A stretch of 64,000 bases of DNA from Candidatus Enterousia sp. (GTDB lineage: Bacteria > Pseudomonadota > Alphaproteobacteria > Rs-D84). Below, piece after piece: positions 36,818-45,709 of this stretch. Each line of letters starts with the position of its first letter. The first letter of the stretch is position 1. Location of the stretch: positions 7,481 to 71,480 of the forward strand of contig JAZQCH010000008.1 of the NCBI GenBank assembly GCA_045546195.1, read 5' to 3'. The notes under the pieces are model-generated. The model did not search any database. It was not told the origin of the DNA and saw only the letters and a list, made by a program, of their open reading frames with translations. Both the position numbers and the translations under genes were made by a program.

Positions 36818-36925
36818 TTATTTATCACAGTTCTTTTTATCCATTTCTGGTTTTTTGTTACAGCCACCGTCGTGGGTGCCAGAACAGTGCTTGCATTTGC
36901 CAGATTTATTTTCAGATTTTGACAT
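36818..36925 (-). CDS. Candidate 35-aa Cys-rich peptide (below ORF-track threshold)
   Basis: Hand translation: MSKSENKSGKCKHCSGTHDGGCNKKPEMDKKNCDK. AAGGA lies 8 nt upstream of the ATG. The hairpin CCCCACCC..GTGGGG follows the stop. Confidence 0.4.
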   Translation of the reverse strand: MSKSENKSGKCKHCSGTHDGGCNKKPEMDKKNCDK

Positions 36926-37069
36926 TTTCTATCCTTTGGTTAGTGTTATTTTTGATTTTGTCCGGACATGAAAATAATATCGTGTGGTGGGAAATATCAC
37001 AATACGCGTGTTTTCCCAAAAAAAGTATTTGTAATTTTTGCGTATGTGATTTAATATCGGTTCGTTGTT

Positions 37070-37146
37070 CGGGGTGTAGCTCAGCCTGGTAGAGTACTTG
37101 CATGGGGTGCAAGGGGTCGCAGGTTCGAATCCTGTCACCCCGACCA
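37070..37146 (+). tRNA. tRNA-Pro (anticodon GGG)
   Basis: CGGGGTG acceptor, D-arm CTCAGCCTGGTAGAG, anticodon loop AT-GGG-GT, T-arm GCAGG-TTCGAAT-CCTGT, encoded CCA. Confidence 0.9.
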
Positions 37147-37229
37147 TAAAAATTTAAATCGGCCGTGTGCCGATTTTAATTTTTATCAGTGGGTATGTCG
37201 GTTTGGACATTACATTGTTTTAACAATGT

Positions 37230-37311
37230 CAGGTTCGAGCCCGTAGGGCGAAAGGGGCCCGCCACGAAAGTGGTGGGAATTACAATCCTGTCTACGGCGA
37301 CCATAAAAATT
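37230..37311 (+). other. tRNA-Pro 3'-half pseudo-copy interrupted in the T-loop
   Basis: CAGGTTCGA, then a ~45-nt insert containing the CCCGCCAC-GAAA-GTGGTGGG hairpin, then AATCCTGTCTACGGCGACCATAAAAATT. The real tRNA has GCAGGTTCGAATCCTGTCACCCCGACCATAAAAATT. Confidence 0.7.
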
Positions 37312-37336
37312 AAACCGCCCAAATGGGCGGTTTTTG

Positions 37337-39130
37337 TTAACTGACCAATTTTTGCCAGAAAGTTTTCTTTTGTGGTTGCTTTTTGCGTTTGCGACGTTGG
37401 GCATTGACCGTGGTCTTTTTTGCGTCAACGTGTTGGGCATTTTTGCGCTTGGCATCCGTAGATGGTGCGTATGCCCCCAGCAAATCTTCGGTTTTATTCT
37501 GTTCAGGTGCAACACGCTGAATCGAATATTGGTCAATGTTCATCAGGCTGTCATCGCCGACAATCACAATTTCGGTTTCGAATTTTGATTCCATTTCGGC
37601 CAATTCGGCGCGCTTGTGATTCAGCAGATATACCGCGACGTCGGTTGGAACAGTCATGATGATTTTCTGGGCCGCCTTGGCCAGTAATTTTTCCTGGAGG
37701 TGGCGGAACAAAATAATCGCCGCCGTCTGAATCGATGGAACAACACCCGCGCCCATACAGTGTGGGCATGCGACGTATGATGATTCCATAAAACTGCTGC
37801 GCAGGCGTTGACGCGATAACATCAATACACCAAAGTTGTTGATTTTGGCAACCTGGGTGCGGGCGCGGTCGCGTTTCATTACTTCGCGCATTTTCAATTC
37901 CAGTTTGCGGTTGTTCTTTTCTTCTTCCATGTCGATAAAGTCAATCGCAACAATGCCCGCCAGGTCGCGCAGACGTAATTGTAATGCGATTTCTTCGGCC
38001 GCTTCCAGATTAGTGTTCAGCGCGGTTTGTTCAATGTCTTTTTCTTTAATCGCGCGGGATGAATTAACGTCGATTGTCACCATGGCTTCGGTTTGGTTGA
38101 TGACCAATGAACCGCCCGATGGCAGTTGGACGTATGGACCGTGCAGACCTTCTAGTTGTTTTTCAACACCGGCCTTGACCATCAATGGAACGCCGGCATC
38201 TTTGTAGTGTACCAACTGTTTGCGTGGTGCGCGACCATACATTTGGATGAAATGCTGTTTAGCGGCATCAAATGCTTCTTCGCCTTGGATAATCAGAACA
38301 TCTTCTTTGTCACTTAAAAAGTCGCGAACGACACGGCGCAACAGGGAATCTTCGGTGTGAATTGTGACCGGTGCAACCGATTCCAGCGTTGTTTTGCGGA
38401 TTTCGTTCCATAAATTTACCAGATAGTCATAGTCGGCGGCAATATCAGCCGGCGCAGCCCCCATTGCGGCAGTGCGCAGGACGACCGTCATCCCCTTTGG
38501 TATCTTTAAGCCGTGCAGGACTTCGCGTAATCTGGTGCGTTCGGATTTGTCAGAAATCTTTTTAGAAATACCATAACTGTTGCGTTTGCGTGAATTTGGC
38601 ATCAAGACCGCAAATCGACCCGCCAATGACAGGTATGTTGTCATTGATGCGCCCTTTTGGCCGCGTTCTTCTTTGACGCCCTGGACCAATAAAATTTGTT
38701 TTGGTTTGATAACGTCCTGGATTTTGAATTCACGGGCGCGTTTGGCAAATTCTTTGTTGTCTTCGCCGGCGCTGTGGTCGTCGTATTCGGCGACTTCGTC
38801 TTCTTCGTCGTTTGGATCGTCGTCATCGTCAACAATGTTGGCGTGCGCCAGTTCCAGTAATTTCTTTTTCTGTTCGGCGGTTACCTGGTAATAATCAGGG
38901 TGAATTTCAGAAAATGGCAAAAATCCATTTTTGCCGGTTCCATAATCAACGAACGCAGCCTGAAGCGATGGTTCAACGCGAATAACCTTGGCCAGATAGA
39001 TGTTGCCCTTAATCTGGGGTTTTGTTGTGGTTTCAACGTCAAAGTCTGATACGCGGTTAGTAGATGGATCGACAACTACGACACGTGTTTCTTCCGGGTG
39101 GACTGCATCCACATATATTTTTTTTGACAT
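37337..39130 (-). CDS. rne: Ribonuclease E/G family endoribonuclease (probable RNase E, short C-terminus)
   Basis: ATG 39130 follows AAGGAT. S1 domain with an acidic insertion (DDDDDPNDEEDEV), catalytic core ..TEAMVTIDVNS.., Zn-link CPHCMGAG, basic tail. Confidence 0.9.
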   Translation of the reverse strand: MSKKIYVDAVHPEETRVVVVDPSTNRVSDFDVETTTKPQIKGNIYLAKVIRVEPSLQAAFVDYGTGKNGFLPFSEIHPDYYQVTAEQKKKLLELAHANIVDDDDDPNDEEDEVAEYDDHSAGEDNKEFAKRAREFKIQDVIKPKQILLVQGVKEERGQKGASMTTYLSLAGRFAVLMPNSRKRNSYGISKKISDKSERTRLREVLHGLKIPKGMTVVLRTAAMGAAPADIAADYDYLVNLWNEIRKTTLESVAPVTIHTEDSLLRRVVRDFLSDKEDVLIIQGEEAFDAAKQHFIQMYGRAPRKQLVHYKDAGVPLMVKAGVEKQLEGLHGPYVQLPSGGSLVINQTEAMVTIDVNSSRAIKEKDIEQTALNTNLEAAEEIALQLRLRDLAGIVAIDFIDMEEEKNNRKLELKMREVMKRDRARTQVAKINNFGVLMLSRQRLRSSFMESSYVACPHCMGAGVVPSIQTAAIILFRHLQEKLLAKAAQKIIMTVPTDVAVYLLNHKRAELAEMESKFETEIVIVGDDSLMNIDQYSIQRVAPEQNKTEDLLGAYAPSTDAKRKNAQHVDAKKTTVNAQRRKRKKQPQKKTFWQKLVS

Positions 39131-39335
39131 TTTGTAATCCTTTTGTTTTGGCGTTGTATGTAATGGCAACAATCCGTCCCCGTGGGGCGTCCAAGCCCAT
39201 GCCAAGAGATTGCGCCACGATAACCATCAGCGCCATGCGAATTGTTGAAAATAGTGATAATACAAACACTTATTATAGCCCCATATTCATACACAGGGGT
39301 TATTCTAACATGCCCTTATATAGTTCGCAAGGTAT

Positions 39336-40358
39336 TTATTTTCTGATTCGTATTTCGGATTTTATGCGGTTGATTTTCGCAGGTATTTTTTCTTTGGCTT
39401 CATTCAGCCAACGCTTCATACGCGAACGCAACCAACGTTCATAGATAAAGAACAAACTGCCCATGCCAATCAGTGGCAGAACATAGTAAATGATGCGATA
39501 GGCAAGCAAGGCACCGAAAATATTGGCCTTGTCCACAGTGTCGGGCAGGGCGACCAGAAATACTGTTTCAAAAACGCCAATACCACCGGGAACCTGGCTA
39601 AAAATGCCGGTTGATTGGGCAATCGCAAACAGGCCCATAAACACAACGAACGGTATTTTTACAAACGGGGTCAGACAGAAATAAAGCACCAGACCGGCCA
39701 GAATACTGTCTGTGATGCCCAGGATTGTTTGGGTAAATGCCATGCCAGTTGATGGAATTTGGAATTTTAACTGTCCGATTTTTATGCTTTTTTTGTGAAA
39801 GAATATTGTTGTCGCAAAATACACTAATAATGTGACCAAACAAAATATGAACAGGGCGTTGATACCGATGCTGGCCCCAACCGAATTTTGAAACAGTTCG
39901 TGCGGTATCAAGAAATAACTGATGACCACAATGGCAGATGCCCCCAGGAAATATGTGAATCCGGATATTGTCAGCATCTTGACAATGTCGCCGCCGCGTA
40001 TGCGCCAACGGGTGTACAGACGGTATCGAATCGCGCCACCACTGACCACGGCGTGACCGGCATTATTACTGATTGCGAACCCCAGCATCCCCGCCAGCAT
40101 CCATTTCCACCATGAAACACGTCCGCCAACATAGCTTAACGCCAAATAATCATACAGGGACAGTGCCAAATACCCCAACATACATGCCACGCATGCCATC
40201 GCCAGGTTCGTAAATGGAATATCTAATATTGCGTGTGCGATGTCGGACAGACTGTAATTACGCAATTGCCACCACAACATGCCGGCAGCCAACACAAAAA
40301 AGAAAATGCCCGAATAACTGATTACTTTCTTAATCAGGCGTTTTGCCCGTACTGACAT
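39336..40358 (-). CDS. Multi-pass membrane protein, lysyl-PG-synthase TM-region-like (UPF0104/flippase-like)
   Basis: 340 aa, about 8 TM segments. N-terminal pattern ..WQLRNYSLSDIAHAIL..P...LA.A......YLALSLYDYLAL.. resembles the MprF TM domain. Confidence 0.55.
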   Translation of the reverse strand: MSVRAKRLIKKVISYSGIFFFVLAAGMLWWQLRNYSLSDIAHAILDIPFTNLAMACVACMLGYLALSLYDYLALSYVGGRVSWWKWMLAGMLGFAISNNAGHAVVSGGAIRYRLYTRWRIRGGDIVKMLTISGFTYFLGASAIVVISYFLIPHELFQNSVGASIGINALFIFCLVTLLVYFATTIFFHKKSIKIGQLKFQIPSTGMAFTQTILGITDSILAGLVLYFCLTPFVKIPFVVFMGLFAIAQSTGIFSQVPGGIGVFETVFLVALPDTVDKANIFGALLAYRIIYYVLPLIGMGSLFFIYERWLRSRMKRWLNEAKEKIPAKINRIKSEIRIRK

Positions 40359-40426
40359 AAAAATCCTTTTACAAGAGTAATAGGATAACTATTTCACAAT
40401 AAAAATCAATCTAAATAAAATAATGA

Positions 40427-40732
40427 CATATCTATGGGCGGTGTTGTCCCCTCATGTAGCGTCTGTACACTACGGGGACAACACTACCCATATCTATGCC
40501 ATTATTCCCCACTGTTTTGTGGGGTGGGGTAGCGTTTGTACACTACGGTTGTGGGTTTAACCGTATCTATCCCATTATTTTTCTTTTTTATTTGTTGGCG
40601 CGCTCATGTATCGTTTGTACACTACGCTTGCCAACAACGGCGCATCTATGCCATTATTCCCCATTTTTTTGTGGGGGTGGGGTAGCGTTTGTACACTACG
40701 GGGACAACACTACCCATATCTATGCCATTATT
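40427..40732. repeat. Palindromic-unit array 2 (4 units, period 73-79 bp)
   Basis: Alternating conserved boxes (C)ATATCTATGCCATTATT and GTAGCGTTTGTACACTACG, with the loop box at 40465, 40538, 40617 and 40691. The variable segments between them are partly self-complementary. Confidence 0.85.
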
Positions 40733-40740
40733 CCTTTGGT

Positions 40741-42798
40741 TTAACCAACGGTCAGGTCTTTGCCCTTTACGTCGATATAGACGGTGCTGCCTTCGCCGAT
40801 GGAGCCAGTCAGAATAAGGTCTGCGATTTTATCTTCGAGTGCAGATGTAATCAGACGCTTTAATGGGCGGGCACCAAATACGGCGTCATACCCGTTGTCG
40901 CCCAGCCATTTGATGGCCTTGTCGGTTATGTTTAATTCAATATGCCGTTCGGCCAGGCGTTTTTCCAGACCGCGCAGTTGGATTTTGACAATGCCCGCCA
41001 TTACATCTTTGCCCAGTGGGTTAAAGAACACAATTTCATCGATACGGTTGATGAATTCAGGACGGAAATGGTGTTTTACTGCGTCCATATCGGGCAGGTT
41101 GCTGGTCATGATTATAATGGTGTTGGTAAAGTTCACCACGTGACCCTGGCCGTCGGTCAGGCGGCCGTCATCCAGAATTTGTAAGAATACATTGAATACA
41201 TCTGGGTTGGCCTTTTCAATTTCATCGAACAGTAAAACCTGGTATGGGCGACGACGAACGCTTTCGGTTAAAACGCCGCCTTGTTCATAGCCGACATATC
41301 CCGGGGGACTGCCAATCAGGCGGGAAACCGAGTGTGGTTCCATATATTCACTCATGTCAATTCGGGTCATGGCTGTGTCGTCGTTGAACAGATATTCCGC
41401 CAGGGACTTTGCGACCTCGGTCTTGCCGACGCCGGTGGGCCCCAGGAACATGAAACTGCCCATTGGGCGACGCGGGTCGGACAGGCCAGCGCGGCTGCGA
41501 CGGATGGCGCGGGCGATTACCCCCAGGGCATGGTCTTGGCCGACGACACGTTTGCGCAGTTCATCTTCGATATTTAATAATTTTGACTGTTCTTCGGCAT
41601 TTAAACGGTCGGCGGGGACGCCGGTCCATTTGCTGACAACGGCGGCAATATGTTCCGGCAGAACCGTTTTGTATTCGCGTGCGTTCGCGTTCATCTGATT
41701 TATCTGTTCTTCCAGTTCGGGTATCTTGCCGTACTGCAGGGCGGATGCCTTTTCATAGTCGCCATTTCGCATGGCGGTGGCAACTTCGGCCTTGGCGGAA
41801 TCAAGTGCCGCCATCGCATCAGACAGGGCGCGCATCTTTTTCTGTTCAGATTGCCATTTGGCGGTTAATTCTTTGGATTCTGCTTCGACCCCGGTGATAA
41901 TGTTTTCTAATTCTTTCAGACGTTTTTTTGATTCTTCGTCTTTTTCCTTTTTTAATGCCTGTTGCTCGATTTTTAACTGCATTAAATGACGGTCAACTTC
42001 GTCCAGGCGGTCTGGTTTAGAGGCAACCTCGATTCGGACGCGGGCGGCCGCTTCGTCAATCAGGTCAATTGCCTTGTCCGGCAGGAATCGGTCGGTAATA
42101 TATCGATTCGATAATTTGACCGCAGACACCAATGCAGCGTCGGCGATTCGTACGCCATGGTGGCCTTCGTATTTTTCTTTTAGGCCGCGCAGGATTGAAA
42201 TCGTGTCATCAACGGTTGGTTCGTCCACATAGACAGGCTGAAAACGGCGTGCCAGGGCGGGGTCTTTTTCAATATATTGGCGATATTCGTCCAATGTCGT
42301 TGCCCCCAGGCAGTGTAATTCACCACGTGCCAACATTGGTTTTAACAGGTTGGCTGCATCCATGGAACCTTCGCCTTTGCCGGCGCCAACCAGGGTATGT
42401 AATTCATCGATAAACAGGATGATTTTGCCGTCGGCGTCTTTGATGGCTTTCAGAATTGCTTTCAGGCGGCCTTCGAATTGGCCGCGAAACGACGCGCCCG
42501 CCATCAGCGCACCCATATCTAGTGACAATAACTGTTTGTTTAACAGGTTTTCGGGTACGTCGCCTGATATGATGCGATTCGCCAAACCTTCGACAATGGC
42601 GGTTTTACCAACGCCGGGATTGCCGATTAACACGGGGTTGTTTTTTGTGCGACGGCTTAATACCTGGATTGAACGGCGAATTTCTTCGTCGCGGCCAATG
42701 ACCGGGTCCAGTTTGCCGTCGGATGCCAGTTTTGTAAAATCAGTCGTATATTTTTCAATCGCCTGTTGTGGTGATTCTTGTAAATCGTCTGGGTTCAT
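40741..42798 (-). CDS. clpB: ClpB disaggregase lacking the N-terminal domain
   Basis: 685 aa, AAGGAG SD. Begins at the linker ..[29 protein letters not shown], followed by NBD1 GNPGVGKT, the coiled-coil M-domain and NBD2 GPTGVGKT. Confidence 0.9.
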   Translation of the reverse strand: MNPDDLQESPQQAIEKYTTDFTKLASDGKLDPVIGRDEEIRRSIQVLSRRTKNNPVLIGNPGVGKTAIVEGLANRIISGDVPENLLNKQLLSLDMGALMAGASFRGQFEGRLKAILKAIKDADGKIILFIDELHTLVGAGKGEGSMDAANLLKPMLARGELHCLGATTLDEYRQYIEKDPALARRFQPVYVDEPTVDDTISILRGLKEKYEGHHGVRIADAALVSAVKLSNRYITDRFLPDKAIDLIDEAAARVRIEVASKPDRLDEVDRHLMQLKIEQQALKKEKDEESKKRLKELENIITGVEAESKELTAKWQSEQKKMRALSDAMAALDSAKAEVATAMRNGDYEKASALQYGKIPELEEQINQMNANAREYKTVLPEHIAAVVSKWTGVPADRLNAEEQSKLLNIEDELRKRVVGQDHALGVIARAIRRSRAGLSDPRRPMGSFMFLGPTGVGKTEVAKSLAEYLFNDDTAMTRIDMSEYMEPHSVSRLIGSPPGYVGYEQGGVLTESVRRRPYQVLLFDEIEKANPDVFNVFLQILDDGRLTDGQGHVVNFTNTIIIMTSNLPDMDAVKHHFRPEFINRIDEIVFFNPLGKDVMAGIVKIQLRGLEKRLAERHIELNITDKAIKWLGDNGYDAVFGARPLKRLITSALEDKIADLILTGSIGEGSTVYIDVKGKDLTVG

Positions 42799-42944
42799 TG
42801 TTATGACTCCTTAAGAAATTTTTTCGTTTGCCCTATATATAGTGCCATAAAGTCGTCTTTCAAGACACAGGAACAAATGCCGAAATGCGTCCTTGCGATG
42901 GGGCGAAATTTATTCTAGACTTAGGATATACAAAGGATGGACAT

Positions 42945-44378
42945 ATGTACGAATTTACCCCAGATGATATTCAGCAAATTCAAAAACATGGACTAAATAT
43001 AGATGTTGTGCATCAGCAGTTGGCGGATTTTGTGACGGGATTTCCATATTCTGATATTGTGCGGCCGGCGGTAATCGGTGATGGGGTGCAGGCCATGCTG
43101 GGGGATGAATTTGAACGGTTTTACGATGAAAATCGCAATGATTACAAGATTGTAAAGTTTGTGCCGGCGTCGGGCGCGGCAACCCGTATGTTCAAGGACT
43201 TGTTCGAATTTTTGTCGTCGGGCGTGATGAATAAAACAACACAAAATGTTCTGGATAATCTGGAATCGTTTGCGTTCTGGGATGATTTAAAGCGGGTTTT
43301 GCCGGAAAATCCAACAAATCATAATGTTATTGAGTGTCTGATAACAGAACGCGGATTGAATTATGGCGCCATGCCAAAGGCATTATTACAGTTTCATAAA
43401 TATGCGGCTACGAATCGCACGGCATTGGCAGAACACCTGGTCGAAGGGGCGCAGTATGCCGAATCAAATTCTAATGTAAATATTCATTTTACCGTGTCGC
43501 CGGAACATATGGCGGGATTTGACGCAGTTCTGGGGCGGATTTTGCCGGCATACGAATCGGAATTTGGGGTAAAGTACAATATTTCAATGTCTGTACAAAA
43601 GGCATCAACCGATACAATCGCTGTTAATTTAGATAATACACCGTTCAGAAATGATGATGGTTCGTTGCTGTTCCGGCCGGCGGGTCATGGGGCGTTAATT
43701 GAAAACCTGAATGATATTGATGGGGATTTAATATTTATTAAGAACATAGATAATGTGTGCCCAGATGATGCGCGTCGTGATACAATTGCGCATAAAAAAC
43801 GTCTGGCGGGATTGGCGATGCAGATTCAGAAACGAATTTTTGAATACTTGCGTGCGATGGATGCGGGAACGGCAGATGCGGATGAAATTGTTGCGTTTAT
43901 AAATGATAATCTGGGGATTGTTGTTGGGGCAGATGCGGATTTGCGCGCGGTGCTGAACCGTCCGTTGCGTGTGTGTGGTATTATCAAAAATACAGGCGAA
44001 CCAGGTGGTGGGCCGTTCTGGGTGCGGGGTGCGGATGGTGGACACAGCCTGCAGATTGCCGAACCGGGACAAATTGCACCTGAAAATATTAGTATTTTGA
44101 AAGATGGCGAATTTTTTAGCCCAACTGATTTGGTCTGTATGCCGCGTGATTATCAGGGAAAAAAATTTGATTTAACCCAGTATGTTGATACAACCGCCGG
44201 GTTTATATCGGAAAAGTCTAAAAATGGGCGTGCGTTGCGCGCGATGGAACGGCCCGGTTTGTGGAACGGGGCGATGGCGAAATGGAACACTGTTTTTGTG
44301 GAAACACCGCTGAATACATTTACCCCAGTCAAGGTTATTTCAGACCTGTTGGGGGCAGGGCACAGGGTAAATGAATAA
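42945..44378 (+). CDS. Conserved hypothetical protein, DUF4301-like
   Basis: ATG 42945 follows AAGGA. N-terminus F..DD..QI.KHG......QQL..F..GFP, then KFVPASGAATRMFK, which I associate with the DUF4301 family. The family call is tentative. Confidence 0.5.
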   Translation: MYEFTPDDIQQIQKHGLNIDVVHQQLADFVTGFPYSDIVRPAVIGDGVQAMLGDEFERFYDENRNDYKIVKFVPASGAATRMFKDLFEFLSSGVMNKTTQNVLDNLESFAFWDDLKRVLPENPTNHNVIECLITERGLNYGAMPKALLQFHKYAATNRTALAEHLVEGAQYAESNSNVNIHFTVSPEHMAGFDAVLGRILPAYESEFGVKYNISMSVQKASTDTIAVNLDNTPFRNDDGSLLFRPAGHGALIENLNDIDGDLIFIKNIDNVCPDDARRDTIAHKKRLAGLAMQIQKRIFEYLRAMDAGTADADEIVAFINDNLGIVVGADADLRAVLNRPLRVCGIIKNTGEPGGGPFWVRGADGGHSLQIAEPGQIAPENISILKDGEFFSPTDLVCMPRDYQGKKFDLTQYVDTTAGFISEKSKNGRALRAMERPGLWNGAMAKWNTVFVETPLNTFTPVKVISDLLGAGHRVNE

Positions 44379-44456
44379 AAATATGAAAACATTACTTGAC
44401 TTTTCGGAATTTTTATTATAAATTTGGGTTCGCTATAAATTAAAAGGTAGAGTATT

Positions 44457-44825
44457 ATGCCACGTGTATGTAAAGTTACAGGTAAGAAAACAGAAGTTGG
44501 GATGAACGTTTCCCACTCGCATCGTCGTACAAAACGTACTTTCTTGCCGAATTTGCAAGTTTTAAAGTTCCACAGTGATATCTTGGGACGCGATTTTTCG
44601 TTGCGTATTTCGACCGCTGGTCTGCGTACATTGACCAAGCATGGCGGTTTGGATGCGTATGTAATGGCGAAACCTGTATCACGTTTGACCGAAGAAATGG
44701 CCGCAATTAAAAAAGCCATTGAAAAGAAGAACGGTAAACCAGCAGCACCTGCGAAAAAGCCTGTTCACAAGGCAAACCGCAGCGCACGCTTGGTAAAAAA
44801 GGTTGAAGCAAAGAAAGCCGCCTAG
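44457..44825 (+). CDS. rpmB: 50S ribosomal protein L28 with K/A-rich C-terminal extension
   Basis: MPRVCKVTGKKTEVGMNVSHSHRRTKRTFLPNLQ.. Confidence 0.9.
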   Translation: MPRVCKVTGKKTEVGMNVSHSHRRTKRTFLPNLQVLKFHSDILGRDFSLRISTAGLRTLTKHGGLDAYVMAKPVSRLTEEMAAIKKAIEKKNGKPAAPAKKPVHKANRSARLVKKVEAKKAA

Positions 44826-44846
44826 GGTTGGTTTTCAATGCGTCAT

Positions 44847-44931
44847 GGCCCCGTGGCGGAATTGGTAGACGCGCTTGACTCAAAATCAAGTTCTGCAAGG
44901 AGTGTCGGTTCGAGTCCGACCAGGGCCACCA
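44847..44931 (+). tRNA. tRNA-Leu (anticodon CAA)
   Basis: GGCGGAATTGGTAGACGCG D-arm, anticodon stem-loop CTTGA-CTCAAAA-TCAAG, long variable arm, T-arm GTCGG-TTCGAGT-CCGAC, CCA. Confidence 0.85.
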
Positions 44932-44982
44932 GATAATAAAAACATCCCAATCGGGATGTTTTTTGTTATAATGTGAATTGAT

Positions 44983-45633
44983 ATGAAGTTGGAATCAAGT
45001 GGTATTTTGATTGGGTTGCGCCCATTTAATGAACGCGATGCAATTGCGCGGGTGTTCACACGTGATTTTGGCGTGTTGGTGGGTATGATGCGTGGCGCAA
45101 ATGTTGCGAAAAAAAATCGACCATTGCTGGGCCAGGTTGGGGGTGTGTCGTGGAATGCGCGTCTGGATTCACAGTTGGGGATGTTTCATTGGGATGCGGA
45201 AAAAAATTTGTCGGCCGCAATAATGCTGAATCCAAATATGCTGATGTGTATGAATGCCGCGTTTGAAATTTTATGTGCGCTGTTGCCGGAACGCGAAGAA
45301 TACACCATGCTGTATGATGAAACATTGGAATTGTTGGAAAAAATGGGTGGCGGGGATGATGGTGCATATTTGACGTGGGAAATAAATTTACTGCGTGATT
45401 TGGGGTATGCGTTGGATTTGTCGAAATGTTCGGGGTGCGGTGTGGTGGATAATCTGAATTATTTATCGCCACGTACCGGGCGGGCAGTGTGTGACAAGTG
45501 CGCCGCGCCATATATAAATAAATTGTATAAATTGCCGGTGGGGTTGGGGACGACCCTGCGTTTTCTGGAAAATATTTGTGCCCAACAGGGTGTGGATGTG
45601 CCACAGATGCGGCGCATGATAAAAAACATATAG
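44983..45633 (+). CDS. recO: DNA repair protein RecO
   Basis: 216 aa. N-terminal OB-fold pattern ..GILIGLRPFNERDAIARVFTRDFGVL.. and Cys cluster CSGCG..C.KC. Confidence 0.8.
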   Translation: MKLESSGILIGLRPFNERDAIARVFTRDFGVLVGMMRGANVAKKNRPLLGQVGGVSWNARLDSQLGMFHWDAEKNLSAAIMLNPNMLMCMNAAFEILCALLPEREEYTMLYDETLELLEKMGGGDDGAYLTWEINLLRDLGYALDLSKCSGCGVVDNLNYLSPRTGRAVCDKCAAPYINKLYKLPVGLGTTLRFLENICAQQGVDVPQMRRMIKNI

Positions 45634-45709
45634 ATTGCTATATTTATTCCTTGCGATTTGATGAAAATTTGCTATTGTAAATTTGTTCAACAAAATAAGG
45701 AGAAAAATC

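Noticed and set aside
36754-37092. 112-aa plus-strand ORF
   Set aside because: It runs into tRNA-Pro (37070-37146) and overlaps the better-supported small minus-strand peptide gene. No SD and an implausible composition.
37190-37311. Two-piece or standard tmRNA (ssrA) at the tRNA-like pseudo-copies (also 52166-52321)
   Set aside because: GGTTCGA and a CCA-proximal acceptor-like end recall tmRNA. I found no resume codon or tag ORF ending in ..LAA/..VAA. There is no coding piece after the CCA-like end. Two such loci exist, each matching its neighbouring tRNA, so they are tRNA-derived.
40427-40732. CRISPR array interpretation of the periodic repeats (also 24997-25244)
   Set aside because: Two different short conserved boxes alternate instead of one 28-37-bp repeat. 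The intervening variable segments are complementary to each other (hairpin arms) rather than unique spacers. The arrays have only 3-4 units, and no cas genes are in the window.
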